This document shows, piece after piece, positions 10,010-22,756 of a stretch of 64,000 nt of DNA (positions are counted from its first letter, which is position 1; the number at the start of each line of letters is the position of its first letter). This DNA is from Octopus sinensis. Its lineage: Eukaryota. A program made the translations under genes and the position numbers. Location: contig NC_042999.1 of NCBI RefSeq assembly GCF_006345805.1, forward strand, positions 49,538,001 to 49,602,000. The letters are read 5' to 3'. The notes under the pieces are model-generated. The model was not told the origin of the DNA. It saw only the letters and a list, made by a program, of their open reading frames with translations, and made no database searches.

Positions 10010-13000
10010 CTTGCTACATTCACCATCTTTTTTTAAAACATTCACTAGACAAAACTTGCCTCTCTACTCTCACTTTTTTCTTCAAGTGATACTTGAAGAA
10101 GTTGATGAGAGATTGACCAGAGAGGAAAGTGTTTGTCTCTAATCCTTTCAGACGCGTCCACCAGATACATTCTTTCGCCATAGCCACAATATGATAAAAA
10201 TAGCTCTTCCTTCCCGTTTGAAGGAAGGAGGCGTGACGATATTAACGATAGACTCGGCTGATAAACCGACACGTCCCACACGTGACAGCAGTCGTTCGTT
10301 CGACATAAGCCACAGGTGGAAATTGCTGGACCTGCACGATTGCGTGCAGAGCGGTTTCGTCGCTCTGCCCGCATCGGCCCCGTGTTTCTCGAGCCAGGCC
10401 TATAGAGCTTATCCAACACGGTAGCGCTTCTCGGTAGCACCGCCAGGCCAGGGATCCTCTGGAAGTTGTCCATAGGTCCCGGGCCGAAATTCGTTTGAAA
10501 CAGCGGGTCAGTATTCCTCGTCGACGCCCAGGTTTGCCCAGCTCGTCGTCGTACCTCCCCTCCACTAATCCCTATAGAATGCTTTGGTTTGTTTGAAGTC
10601 ACTCAATCGACCCGGGACGGCAGAGTTGCTTGAGACAACGCGACACTCGCGGTGCCATTCGCCCTTCTTCGGCCTCTTTTTTGATCCACGACTGTGTTCG
10701 TCAGGAGACGAGTTGCGGGAATGCGTGCCTCACAAACGGCGACCACACCTGTTCACGTCGTCTACATAGAGCCGGAGATGTCGCAGTCTCAGCGCGTGTC
10801 TGCGCATCATCAACCACGGCATGCCCAGCCCTCCTTTTAACGGGTTTTGACAGCAAATGGATCGCCTGACCATCGGACGCATCCTTTCCACAAGAAGCGG
10901 AAGAGGATGCGTTCTAGTTTGGTGATGGTAGGGTCGGGACAAGGTACGACGGTCAGGCGGTAGTAGATGATGGACGCGATGTACGCGTTCACCACCTCCG
11001 CCCGACCTTTTAGGGACAGTTTCCTCTCGGCCCATTGCTGGGCGGAGAGTGACCACCCTACTCGTTATCTCGTTCCAGTTCTTCTCCATTTGGAGGTCCG
11101 GACCGACCAGACCCCGAGCAACTCAACCGGGCCGTCTGTCCAGCGTCCCACGACGAGGTACTGGTGGACGGCATGGTTTGCTTCTCCAGGTGCCGAGCCG
11201 CAAGCCCACTGACTTTCCCGGTTGATTTTTGCTCCTGTCACCGCTTCGTAGTCTTTCAGGTGTCTCGCCGACCCGCTCGATGTGCTCGTGGCTTGACACT
11301 ATGACGGTGACGTCGTCCGCGTATGCAGACACGCTCGTCCCGCATCCTAATTCTCGCGGGATGCCCCTCAGAGTCGCCAGCTTCCGCAGTAGTGGCTCAA
11401 GAGTCATACGTATAGAAGCGCCGAGAGGGGGCATCCCTGACGGACCGAACGTGCAATGTCGAAGGTCTCGATAGATGTCCATTTACGCGAATTACCGAAC
11501 GGATGCCTCTGTACAAGGCAGCTATCCAGCCGCGGAAGACGGGACCGAAACCAGCCGCTCTCAGACTGCCTCCAAGTATCGATGGTCTACCCTATCAAAG
11601 GCTTTCGATTGATCCAAGTTGATCAGGGCCCCACCCATGCCAGGTTCGTTAACTACCCTGTCTATGATGTAGCGCATCAGATGGAGGTTGTCATGGATGC
11701 TCGGCCCGGCACGGCGCACGTTTGTGCGTTGTCGACCAGTTTCTCCGACAAGCGCCAACCTCTGGCTAACCCTTTGTCAAATTTTCAGGTCTGCATTGAG
11801 CAGAGTGATTGGCCTAAAGTTATCTATAATGTTTCCCTTGTTTGGATCTTTCTTCAGCAGAGTTACAGCTCCTCGACTCACAAAACCGGGTATGCTCCTT
11901 TTGCTGCCAGTTGCAGTATACCGCTGCCAAGACGTCTCCAAACAAGTCTGGCATACAATAGTAAAATTCGTAGGGTAGACCATCCAAACCCGGTGATTTG
12001 TCCCTCGAGCATTCTGCCATCGCTTCCCGCACTTCCGCCGCCGTGATGGCACCTTCGCAGCACCCTGCCTTTCTTGTCGAGAGTCGTGGCAGGCTATGTA
12101 GGTAGGCACTGAAGTCTACCCTACGTTCTTGCCCTCCACTCGTCCCGAACAGTCGGGCAAAATGCTGCTGAAAGGCCTCACACATTTTACTTGGCTCGAG
12201 CAATTCGCGCCCCTGTTCATCTACCAGTGACCGAATGGTGGCTTTGTTGCCCTGTTGCGCCTCTGCCACCCGGGCCTCTCTCGCGGCTCCAACACCTTCG
12301 TTCCTTAGAGCACGCATCCTAGCTCTGACAGCACATCCTTCGTGTTTGGCGTTGAAGTGTTGGTCGAGGGCCAACCTCGCCGCCAAAACGTCGGATGCGA
12401 TGCCGCTTCTAATTGCCTCTTCTAGCTTCTTAACTAGCTCACCCTCTACTCTATTTCTATCTATGGCTAGTGCTTTGCTGTACCTAATCGCTTCTGCTTT
12501 TACTTTTACTGCTCTCTTGAGGGCAAACCACCATTTGTTGTTGATGATGGCTCCCGTCAAAGCCCTCTTTACTAGTGTGCTAATCCGTCTCTGAAAACTT
12601 GTCTGGACGGGAATGAGCGTTCAGTTTCCAGTACCCAGGACCCTGTCTATGTGCCTTATCTAAGTCTAGCGTACACGTCACCAATTTGTGATCCGTGTAG
12701 CTGACTGTGTGGAATGTGGACATCCTAAGTTTCCTTGTCTACTGTCCTACACAGTATCCTATCTAGATACGATCTCGACGACCCACTGCGGTTGCTCCAT
12801 GTCCACGTTGGTGCATTTGGGTGGTCGAGTCGGTACCTGTCAGACAGTTGGAATCGTCTGAGCAGGTCTCTGAGGCATTTGCATCCCCTTCTGTTTGTCT
12901 CTACCCACGTAGTCTACGCGTGTCCAAGGTAGCATTCCAATCCCCACTAAGAGTAAAGGACGAGACGTTCCCAAGAATACTTCTAGACGTCGAAAGAAAT

Positions 13001-13357
13001 CCGCCCGACCTGTTAAGGGCGGTGCGTAGACTGATACGAGTCGAAAAGCGCACCCATTGCTGCCGTCAACATCCAGAACGATCAGTCTACCCTCCGTCTA
13101 CGAATATCGTCTTGACTTCGAGATCCAGGCTCTTGTGAAAAGTACCGCGGTGCCACTACCGCCCATCCTCGGCAGACAGGGAGCGAAATAAATGTTAAAC
13201 TGTCCGCCAAACATGGACTTTAGGGCCCGTGGCTCGTGGAGTCTGGTCTCACTTATGGCTATGATTCCCAAATCATGTGACTTGATGTCATTTAGGAGGT
13301 ATCCTTGTTTCCAAGAGACCCCAAGCCACGCGCATTCACACAACCAATCTTGACCAT
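10010..13357 (-). pseudogene. ORF2 (APE endonuclease + reverse transcriptase) of the Tx1-like LINE, multiple frameshifts
   Basis: Starts MVKIGCVNARGL. APE motifs IAISETRL, VYAP, GDWN, YLDRI, YTDH, GPGYWKLN. RT motifs KSPGLDGLPYEFY, FRPITLLNADLKI, LDQSKAFDRVDH, SAYADDVTV. C-terminal CGQSDETALHA...KHLKKKVRVER. Confidence 0.92.
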
Positions 13358-13410
13358 GATTCTATTGGGGTGTTGTGCTTTAAACACACAATGAAAGTAC
13401 AGAGAGTTAC

Positions 13411-15494
13411 TTACTTGTGTCGAAAGTTTTGGCTTCCTCGTTCTTTGATGTGTCTTCGAGGGGTTTCTATATAGTTTTTGGGACAGATATTTCTGGAACC
13501 CCCTACAGCATTTGGGAAGAGGGCTTTGAGTTTGTGGTGTTGTGTTTGTGTGATGTGTAGTATTTTGATGTGTTTGGGTGGTGTAGTGCGTGGATGATTG
13601 CTATTTTTAAAGTCATCTTCACAAATGTTTGTGTATCCTGTGATGTACTCCATTAGTTTGGAGTCTTTTGTGTCTATCGCTGATAGCATTGTTTTTGTGG
13701 TGTTGGTGCTTGTTGTTTGTGTATGGAGTTTTCAGGGTTCAGGTATCTCCCTGCTTTGGTTGCGATTTCTGTTTGGTTTTTCTTGATCTTTTTCTTTTAC
13801 CCCCTGTGGCTATTTGCCATTCTGTCGAACTTTCATCGTTAGATGAAAAGTCTGACGAATCAGCAGGGGGCAAGGGTAAAGCGTCTGGGTGTGTTTGTGC
13901 GGTTGTAGATATTGTTGTGGTGCGCGGGGAGGGTGTTGCTGGGGGGTTTGTTGTGTTATTGTCTCTCCTACATCCTTGGTGCTTGTCTTCTTCGTTGTTA
14001 TTCTTGGTGTTGGAATTGGTTTATTTGTTGTTGGTGGTGATGATTCTTCTTGGCGCTGGTGTTGGTGTTGTTTGGTTGGGTTGGCTTGTTCTTTGTTGTT
14101 TTTCCTGCATTTCCGCATACAGCTTCTTGACTAGCTGTCCATATTGTGGTGTGGGCAATAATCCTGGCTTTTGTGATTTTTCCTGTGGCTGTTGTTGTTG
14201 TTGTAATTTTGCGGCAGATTTGCACTCCTTTTTGAGGTGTGCCTCACTGCCACATGTATAGCATCGTGGCCTTCTGCCCTCGACTACTACGTATAACTTG
14301 CGGCCATCCTCAAGATGTACGTGGGTGGGGATTTTATTTATGTCCTCTTGACTTATGTGGAAGAGGAACTCTATTCTCTTTCCCAGCCAGTCCTTGTTTT
14401 CCGAAACACCGATATCTAGGATGTTTAATGTCCTCCATTTCGGATGTTAAGGCGGATGTAATCCCAGTGTTGTAGTCACTTGGGGGACACCACTGATAAT
14501 GACTTTCGTCACCTTCTGGCTACGAGGTAACTCGGTGTCAACGTTAGTTCATCAGAATGAAGGGTTATCGTTGAGAATTTCTTCGCCAACTCTTCATTCT
14601 GAAAAACACCTGTACGTGTGCGAACTTGTTCGCCCAAGTCACACAATCCTTGTATCCCCAGATGGGGCGTAAGCACTTTTCGACTTTGTCTGTGCTTGCC
14701 TTTTCTGGACTTTTTTTTTTTTATTTGTGATTTTATATACAATTGTCTTTTTTTTTCTCCTCATTCAGTATGTGTTGAGGTATGTGTAAGAGTATTTTTC
14801 CGTTTTCATTTGTAATAAGGTTTCTGCAATCTTTAATCTGTTGTGTAGTAAACGAAACTTTTGTTACCTTTTCTTTTATCGCCTCGGCGAAGTTTGTTGT
14901 TGTTTTGTTATTGTTGTTACTGTTGTTGTTGATGGCAGGGGTGTGGGTTGTAGGTTTGTGGTTGCTGATTATGCAACTAGCAAGGGTGGAAAATTGCCTG
15001 CGTAATTTAGTCCTGCATTAGCGCAAATTTCGGCATTTCGTTTGCTTGTCGTCGTTATTTTTCACTTGTTGGTGATGGAGTGAGCAGTGGTTGAAGGGAA
15101 TGTTTGTTGTCGTCGTCGTTGTTGTTGTTGTTGTTGTTATTGTCGTTCTTGGTGACGGCGGTGGTGTTAGTAGTATTAGTAGCATTGACGGCACGGTCTT
15201 TGGTGGCGGTGATGGTGATGTTGGTATTGTTATTGGTGGCGATGTCTTTAGTAGGGATAGCAGTTTTAGTAGCAGATTCTGCCATGGTGTTTGTTGTCGG
15301 TGTTGGTGGTGGTGGACTCACTGATGGTGTTGACGGTGCTTGCCTTGCGACCTTTGTTTTGTATTTGTTGCTGTTGTCGATGTTTGATGGGTGGCGAGTT
15401 GTCAGGTTCAGCGTAAGGTAACAGAGCATCCTGTTTTTTCTTCCTCTGCGTCACGCTTGACTTGCACCTCAGCCTCGTGGTGACCAGTGGCCAT
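13411..15494 (-). pseudogene. ORF1 (gag-like, zinc knuckle) of the Tx1-like LINE, frameshifted, long T/N/Q-rich tracts
   Basis: ATG at 15494; NFAEAIK motif; KIPTHVHLEDGRKLYVVVEGRRPRCYTCGSEAHLKKEC (CX2CX4HX4C) at ~14225-14335; ends PRRHIKERGSQNFRHK* at 13411. Confidence 0.8.
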
Positions 15495-15710
15495 TTTGGA
15501 AATAAAATGGCTAAATGAAACCACGAAGGCTATGAGAATTTTTTTTTTTAAATTTTGCCCACAAGGGGCAAATTTTGTGTAGATATTTATCAAGGTTTGC
15601 AGTGGATGTTGTTGCACAACTTTTAAACACAAATATTTCACAATAAACAATTTTCAACGTACAAAATGACCAACTTACGTGGAGCCCATTTGACTAGCGT
15701 CTGTCTGTCC

Positions 15711-15896
<186 letters not shown>

Positions 15897-16502
15897 TGCA
15901 TATATGCATACATACACACCCCATTTATACATTTTATATATAGTAGAAATAACTTTTTTTGTTTGTATTTTCTGTCTATTTGCTGTCTGCGTGTATGTCT
16001 GTAATTGACAAAGTTAAGGCAGGATGTAACAGACAGAAATTAACAGCTGAAATTATTATAATTCTCTCATTCCTTCATCTATTTATTTATTCCAGCATTC
16101 ATTCAATCAGTACAATTAATTTAATAAACGAATAAACAGTCCTAAACATACTAAATCTCACTTGCAAAATTGTTTTCAATTGATCAAATAACATATCAAA
16201 AACCACAAACTTTCCACCCCGACACCCAATTACAGAAACACACATCTACCGTCTACATCATTCCCACCTTCACCAACGTCACCCATAACCTTCGACTATG
16301 TAAACTATATAAACAACACCACAACTTCCTCATCACCAATATCAATGAACAATCACCACACCTCAATTATTTCCAACACTCATTTGTATCGACGTTGCTA
16401 GACACCACGTCTGTACATACATACATGCGTACATACATACGTGCATGCATACACGCATACATAATGCATATGTGTGTGTGAGTGTGGTGTGTGTGTGTGT
16501 GT

Positions 16503-16720
16503 GGTGGCACATGGCCTAGTGGTTAGAGCAGCAGGATCGCGGTCGAGGGATCGCGGGTACGAATCTCAGACCGGGCGATATGTGTACTTATGAGCGAAAC
16601 ACCCAAGCTCCACGCGGCTCCGGCAGAAGGTAATGGTGAACTTCTGCTGACTCTTTCGCCACAATTTTCTGAGATGCAGCACGTATTTTTGCCAGTGAAC
16701 AGGTCGCGGTTTTAAAGCGA
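16503..16720 (+). mobile_element. tRNA-headed SINE (family D-related)
   Basis: GGTGGCACATGGCCTAGTGGTTAGAGC...GGGTACGAATCTCAGACCGGG head; body CACC(C/T)AAGCTCCACG..GCTCCGGCAG is shared with 46172-46430. Confidence 0.7.
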
Positions 16721-17274
16721 CGAAAATATTTTGACAAATTAAACTTAAATGTTGAAGTGAATCGAACGGCTTTTGTGTGTTCTTAAATGGCTTACAAACA
16801 CCTCCACGCTGCAATTGTTTATATAGATAGATAGATAGATAGAATAATAGATAGATAGATCGATAGATAGAATAGATAGATAATAGATATAATGATAGAT
16901 AGATAGATAATAGATAAAATTAGATATATAGATATAGACATACACATACATATATATATATATATACATAATGTATATATATATATAAATATATTATATA
17001 TATATTATATATATATATATATATTATATATGATGATTATTAATAAATAACAATAACATAGGTGGCTAGTTAAGAATAAAATCAAAACACAAATAACAGA
17101 TATATAAATAAAGGTACTTGATAGCACCATTTTTGCTAGAAATAGGATTCAAAATCGACTCAGTTACCCACGAGCACTGAAAGTTAAGAAGCTGACGAAA
17201 TCGTGCACAAATCTCATAGCACTGTCTATAACATCAGCAGCAGCAGCAATAAGTATGAGGAGATTCAATATTAT

Positions 17275-17297
17275 GATGATGATAGTGATGATGATGA

Positions 17298-17329
<32 letters not shown>

Positions 17330-17537
17330 AATAACGTTTATGATGATTTTATGAAGACAAGAATGATAGGACGAAGAAGAAGAAGAACAAAAAGAAAAAG
17401 ACAAAGAACAAGAAGAACAAGAAGAAGAGAGGAAGGGGAAGAGGAAGAAGAAGAAGAAGAAGAAGAAGAAGAGAGAGAAGAGGAAGAGGAAGAGGAGGAG
17501 CAGTAAGTAGAAGAAGAAGAAGAAGAAGAAGAAAAAT

Positions 17538-17568
<31 letters not shown>

Positions 17569-17595
17569 AAGAAGAAGAAGAAGAAGAAGAAGAGG
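17275..17595. repeat. (GAT)n/(GAA)n/(GAG)n trinucleotide repeats
   Basis: Directly visible. Confidence 0.9.
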
Positions 17596-18247
17596 ATTGC
17601 TGCATAAAGAAACTACAGAAACTACCCAAAAGTATTGTAAGCTCTTTTTTTAATAGTGACTAAGAGCCATGACAAGATCGAAAACCCATCGGTATCATGA
17701 GCACCTTATCTCAGTAACACAAGCGTTTTGACAACCCTGCAGGCTTCACTTGGGCAGCGAAGACTTAATTAACCCTAGTCTGCTGAACGGTTCCTTCTCC
17801 CGTCTCTTGCCCTCTACAGCCCATCTGTATTGGTCTCAACTGTCATAGCTATCACCTTGATGATCTTTCTTCAGATCTTAACGTTCCACGACAATTTTCT
17901 GTTGGAAATATCGCACAAATGCAGCTGGAATACCAAGACAGATATTTTAGTAGAAAATGAGGTTGCGTGCTACTCCTTGACATATTCCTCATCGAAAAAT
18001 GTCTCGATATTTGACTTTCTTCTGATGGTGAGAAATGTCAACACTGTCCTGCCAGGAAAAATAATAAATACACAAGCAACAACAAACAAATATGATTAAT
18101 TTTTCTAAAAAATGAAGAACAATAAAGCAATCAAATTATATCACTTCGAAAATAATATTCTAGAAAATATGGAACAAATAACTATTGAATTATATTTTCA
18201 TTTAATAAGAACAACCGTAACATCAATAATAATTCTTTCAACTATAA

Positions 18248-18445
18248 GCACAAGGTCTGAAATTTGGTGGGCGGGCCTAATCAGTTACATTGATCTCAGA
18301 CCTCGACTGGTACTTATTTTATCGGTCTCGGAGGGATGAAAGGTAGAGTCGACCTGAGCGGTATTTGAAATCAAAACGTGAAGACGGAAAAAAAATGCCA
18401 TTAAGCAATTTATACGGGGTGTTGACATTTCTGCCAGCTCATCGG
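18248..18445 (-). mobile_element. CORE-SINE, diverged (alternative tail)
   Basis: ACTGGTACTTATTTTATCG...GGATGAAAGG..AGTCGACC...TTCTGCCAGCTC. Confidence 0.75.
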
Positions 18446-18482
18446 TTTAGCAACAAAAACCAAATACGATAATAAAACACAA

Positions 18483-18648
18483 TTTTCTTATGGTTTCTTA
18501 AACATTCTCTAGAACATTACTATGTACAAAACCAAATATATGACACTCTAAGCATAACACCAACATGAACTTCTAGCTTGTTGTCTCTTGAGGTCTTTGG
18601 GTGAGACTTGGCGCCAACTTGTACAAATTCAAAGAAAATGTCAAACAT
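18483..18648 (+). mobile_element. 3' end of a (TAA)n-tailed non-LTR element (R4/Dong-like)
   Basis: Same sequence as 8078-8238 in the opposite orientation, followed by (AAT)n. Confidence 0.55.
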
Positions 18649-18649
18649 A

Positions 18650-18705
<56 letters not shown>

Positions 18706-18751
18706 TAATAATAATACCAACAACAACACAACAACAATAATAATAATAATA

Positions 18752-19145
18752 CCACCATGAGATAGGGAATAGGAAGCCAGACGTAGTCTTAATTGAGAAA
18801 GACAGCAAACTATGCTGGATCATAGATATAGCATGCCCAGCTGACAACAAGGTATGCGATAAGGAAGAAAGAAAAGTCGATAGATATGACAGGTTAGCTT
18901 GGGAGGTTAAGCAGTTGGGGTCAATGAAAAAGGTAGTAGTAGTGCCAATGATTGTCGGAGCCCTGGGAACAGTAAGTAAAATTCTTGAGAAGTACATGGA
19001 ACCAGTAGGGGCTGCAATAAGGGTGGAGCACTTGCAGAAAACAGCACTTCTTAGAACCGCTCGAATATTCGGGAAGGTGCTCGAAAAGTAAGGGATGTTA
19101 CCTTAGTTCACTGGTAGTGAACAGCTGACACCGTAATACATCTCC
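18752..19145 (+). mobile_element. R4/Dong-like non-LTR retrotransposon 3' fragment encoding a restriction-like (PD-D/ExK) endonuclease
   Basis: HEIGNRKPDVVLIEKDSKLCWIIDIACPADNKVCDKEERKVDRYDRLAWEVKQL...VVVPMIVGALGTV...LQKTALLRTARIFGKVLEK*; preceded by (TAA)n. Confidence 0.85.
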
Positions 19146-19169
19146 AACGTTAGAAGATGTACAAAGGTA

Positions 19170-19478
19170 AGAAGACAAGAATGATACGACGACGAAGAAG
19201 AAGGAGAATGAAGGAGAAGAAAAAGAACAAGAAGAACAAGAACAAGAAGAACAAGAACAAGAACAAGAACAAGAAGAAAAGAAAAAGAACAAGAACAAGA
19301 ATAAGAACAAGAACAAGAAGAGGAGGAGGAAGAAGAAGAAAAAGAAGAAGAAGAAGAAGAAGAAGAAGAGGAGGAGGAGGAAGAAGAAGAAGTAGAAGAA
19401 GGAGTAGAGGAAGAAGAGGAAGAAGAACAAGAAGAAGAAGAAGAAGAAGAAGAAGAAGAAGAAGAAGAAGAAGAAGAA
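19170..19478. repeat. (GAA)n/(GAACAA)n/(GAG)n repeat
   Basis: Directly visible. Confidence 0.9.
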
Positions 19479-19614
19479 TCCCTTTTACTATAGGCGCAAT
19501 GCCTGAAATGTGGGGAGGAGACTAGTCGATCGCGTCGCCCCCAGTGTTTCACTACTAGTTAATTTATCGACTCCGAAAGGATGAAAGAGAAAGTCTAACA
19601 CTCTTGGGTGGTGA

Positions 19615-20170
19615 TTGCTGCTATTTGTTGGCCTCAAGTTTCCGCAGGTTCGTCCTCTTGACGATTTCTGTAAGGGATCTGTCATGCTTCCTCTTATACC
19701 GATCGTTCCCCAGTGCCGTAATGCAAACGGTCAAAATGTGGTTCAGATGCAGAGAGTTGTATCACACTGTTTGCAATATGGGTCTTCCTCTTTGCGCTAT
19801 ATTTTGAGGTTAGCAGAGGCTGGCAATGGCTTAGCGACTCTACATAACAGGAATAATAATTTTCCCGAGCCAATACGCTAGAGTTACTTCAGTACCCATT
19901 TTTTCTTGGTAAGCAAGACCTGTCGCTTTGACAATGCGATCCTCCTCATTTCAATGACGACTTCTTTCTACTTGGATCTCTCTGTAAACCATGGCATTGG
20001 CATTTTCCACTTCTTGGCACTGTAGTTGCCAAGTCCTAACCCTCTATAAAAGACTCCTGGGCTTCCAGAAAAGTACTGCTTTCTTCAAAGCTTTCTGATC
20101 CTCGATTTCTGCCACCCAGTATAGTCTTGTCCTGTCTGACTTTCTAATCCTTTGATAGCAGCAATATGTT
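19615..20170 (-). mobile_element. HERO-like (R2-superclade) non-LTR retrotransposon relic
   Basis: Minus strand PLPASANLKI*RKEEDPYCKQCDTTLC / LNHILTVCITALGNDRYKRKHDRSLTEIV matches the CCHC-'RH(N/D)' region upstream of the RLE in HERO-type elements. Confidence 0.7.
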
Positions 20171-20368
20171 AATTGCACTTACTTTCACGGTAAATGATGA
20201 AATTGCTAGAGGTATTATAAAGTTGGGGAAATCCTAACCACCTTCTCACGTATTTACTGCACTACGTCTACACTGGCACCACCTGAGCGATGGCATTGAC
20301 ATAAAGCAAGAATGTATTTCTTTATTAGCAGTGCTCATTTATTAGCTTTCTGCCAAAATATGAATGAA

Positions 20369-20585
20369 AAGCGGTGAGCTGGCAGAATCGGTAGGGCGTC
20401 AGAAGAAACGTTTTGCCTTATGTATTCTAACTCTTAATTTTCTAAGTTGAAAAACCGTAAACGTCAATTTTGGCATACATCCTTCCGGAGTCGATAAAAC
20501 ATAGAACCAAGGAAGTACTAAGGTCGATAGAATCGACTTACCTTTTCCTCTAAAAATCGCTAGCCTTGTGCCTAATTCAGAAATT
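20369..20585 (+). mobile_element. CORE-SINE, diverged
   Basis: GCGGTGAGCTGGCAGAATCG head; CATCCTTCCGGAGTCGATAAAA core; GCCTTGTGCC tail. Confidence 0.7.
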
Positions 20586-20592
20586 ATTAATA

Positions 20593-20660
<68 letters not shown>

Positions 20661-20669
20661 GTTGTTATT

Positions 20670-21140
20670 GAGTGAGAGAGCAGTGCATGTCATCAAAATG
20701 ACACTGGGGTAAAAAGTACGAAGCCCAGTATACCCATCATGACTACCCGTCTGATAAGGGTACACCAGGCACATGCATCACAACCATAAGTGCGCAACAT
20801 GGTGATCTCATATCAAGATAAACAGCGCATGACCTTAAAGGTGGGGCCCAGTTAGAATTTTTGTCTAGGTCAAAAGGTCCTTGAATAAGAATTGTTTATG
20901 GATGTTGAGCGAACCACCCATTTTCCAAACGTGAATTATCCAAACCCCTGAGAATTCCTTTCAACGCACGGCTATGATGCTCCCCCACTACTTCTGCTTG
21001 TGAAAAGAGATGCACATATCGTCAGCCACTAAGGGATATGGTCAACTGGTTAAGGTCAAACAACTGACAAGCAAATCTGCGGTATTGAGCAGAATATTTG
21101 CTGTAGCCCATCTTTTATACCAAGATGAAACAATGTACAT
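20670..21140 (-). mobile_element. Family C (TAA)n-embedded retroposon, slightly 5'-truncated
   Basis: Near-identical to 22154-22705 and flanked by (TTA)n on both sides. Confidence 0.85.
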
Positions 21141-21160
21141 TATTATATTATTATTATTAC

Positions 21161-21215
<55 letters not shown>

Positions 21216-21911
21216 GTTGTTGTTATTATTATTATTAAATGAAAATACGATTGTACAGTTCTATGATATTATCTCGAATATTTGTTTGAGTTGATGTAAT
21301 TTCATTGCTTTTATTTTCTTTGTTATTTTTAATTTGTATTTGTTTTTATTTCATTATTATTTTTGTTTGTTTTTATTATATTCCTATTTCTAATCGATAT
21401 AATTGTTTGGCTTTTTTTAAAAACTGATGATGGGCCGCAGATGGGGTTAATATTATTTTGAGTTTTGTTTTTTTTTTATGTCGGTGTGGGTGAAAGGGGT
21501 GTAGTTCTTTTTTTTTCATTTTTCTATTGCCTTCATATTGTTATTTTGTTATTTTATTATTGAATTTCCCCCTATACCCCACTACGTCTCCTACTACAAC
21601 TACTCCACCGTATTTCCGTCGATTAGATTTATTGGTTATTCTATATGTTACTTTAATAATTTCTTATATAACTCCATCTAAATATTATTGCAAATTGAAT
21701 TATAACACGGCTGTTTTTTTTTCTTTTTCCTCTCTTATTATTTTTTTTTTCACGCACTTTATTGTTATTTCATTTTCCAGAGAAGTTTTTGGCTCTTAAC
21801 GGAAGTTATCAGTTACCGGTTTATTATTATAACAAATAATATTGTTGTTGTTGTTGTTGGTTTTGTTGCCGACATCATCATCATCATCATCATCACTGTC
21901 ATCATCATTGA

Positions 21912-22125
21912 AGTGGCGACCGGTAAAATCGTTAGCACGTCGGGAAAAATGCTTCGTCGGGGAATTTCGTCTGTCGTTCTGAGCTCAAATTCTGTTGAGG
22001 TCAACTTTTTCAGTTTTTCGGGGGTCGATTAAATAACTTTAGTTGTAAAGCACTGGTGTCGATGTAATTGACTAAACCTCCACCTCGAAAATTTCGGGCT
22101 ATGTGCCTGTAACAGAAAGGATTAT
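21912..22125 (+). mobile_element. CORE-SINE, diverged
   Basis: GTGGCGACC...AATCGTTAGCACG head; GGGGTCGAT core; ends in (ATT)n. Confidence 0.7.
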
Positions 22126-22153
22126 TATTATTAATATTATTATTATTATTATT

Positions 22154-22705
22154 GAGTGAGAGAGCAGTTCATGCCATCAAAGTGACACTGGGGTTAAATA
22201 TACGAAGCCCAGTATACCCATCATGACTACCCATCTGATAAGGGTACACTAGGCACATGCATCACAACTATATGTGCGCGACATGGTGATCTCATATCAA
22301 GACATCAGCGCATGACCTTGCAGGTGGGGCCCAGTTAAAACTTTCTTCTGGTTGAGTATCCTATCCCACTGAAAAGGTCCCTGAATAAGGATTGTTTAAG
22401 GATGCTGAACGAACCACCCGTGTTTCCAAAGAGGAAGTATCCAAACCTCAAAGATTTCCTTTCAGCACATGGCTATGATGCTCTCCCACTACTTCTGCTC
22501 GTGATCAGAGATGCACATATCGTCAGCCACTAAGGGACATGCTCAACTGGTTAAGGTCAAACAACTGACAAGCAAATCTGTGGTATTGAGCAGAATATTT
22601 GCTGTGGCCTATCTTTTATACCAAGACAAAACAATGTACGTAACACTTCCAATCAGCTAAGATCCGAAGCCACGGGAACCACTGCCTGGTACTGCATCAG
22701 GGCAT
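22154..22705 (-). mobile_element. Family C (TAA)n-embedded non-coding retroposon, longest copy (~550 bp)
   Basis: Minus strand (TAA)n-ATGCCCTGATGCAGTACCAGGCAG...GCTCTCTCACTC-(AAT)n. Three copies share the 3' end and vary at the 5' end; no ORF. Confidence 0.85.
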
Positions 22706-22756
22706 CTATTATTATTATTTATTATTATTATTATTATTATATTATCATATCATTAT

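Larger units (their letters stand above)
10004..15710 (-). mobile_element. Full-length (~5.7 kb) L1/Tx1-clade non-LTR retrotransposon, frameshifted
   Basis: ~200 bp 5' leader, ORF1 with CCHC knuckle, and ORF2 with APE, RT and a C-terminal Cys/His motif; flanked by a direct repeat (GATA)n-TATG(C)CATATATGCATA. Confidence 0.9.

Noticed and set aside
11456-12594. Plus-strand ORFs of 196 aa and 119 aa
   Set aside because: They are antisense shadows of the RT region of ORF2.
13668-15421. Plus-strand hydrophobic ORFs (197 aa, 105 aa) that look like membrane proteins
   Set aside because: They are antisense to the T/N/Q-rich ORF1 of the Tx1-like LINE.
16503-16575. tRNA-like sequences here and at 40339-40413 and 50098-50145
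   Set aside because: The cloverleaf is incomplete or degenerate and runs into repeat bodies; these are SINE heads, not tRNA genes.
17690-18050. GC-richer stretch that may be an RTE 3' relic or an exon on the minus strand
   Set aside because: All frames are interrupted and no motif could be identified with confidence.
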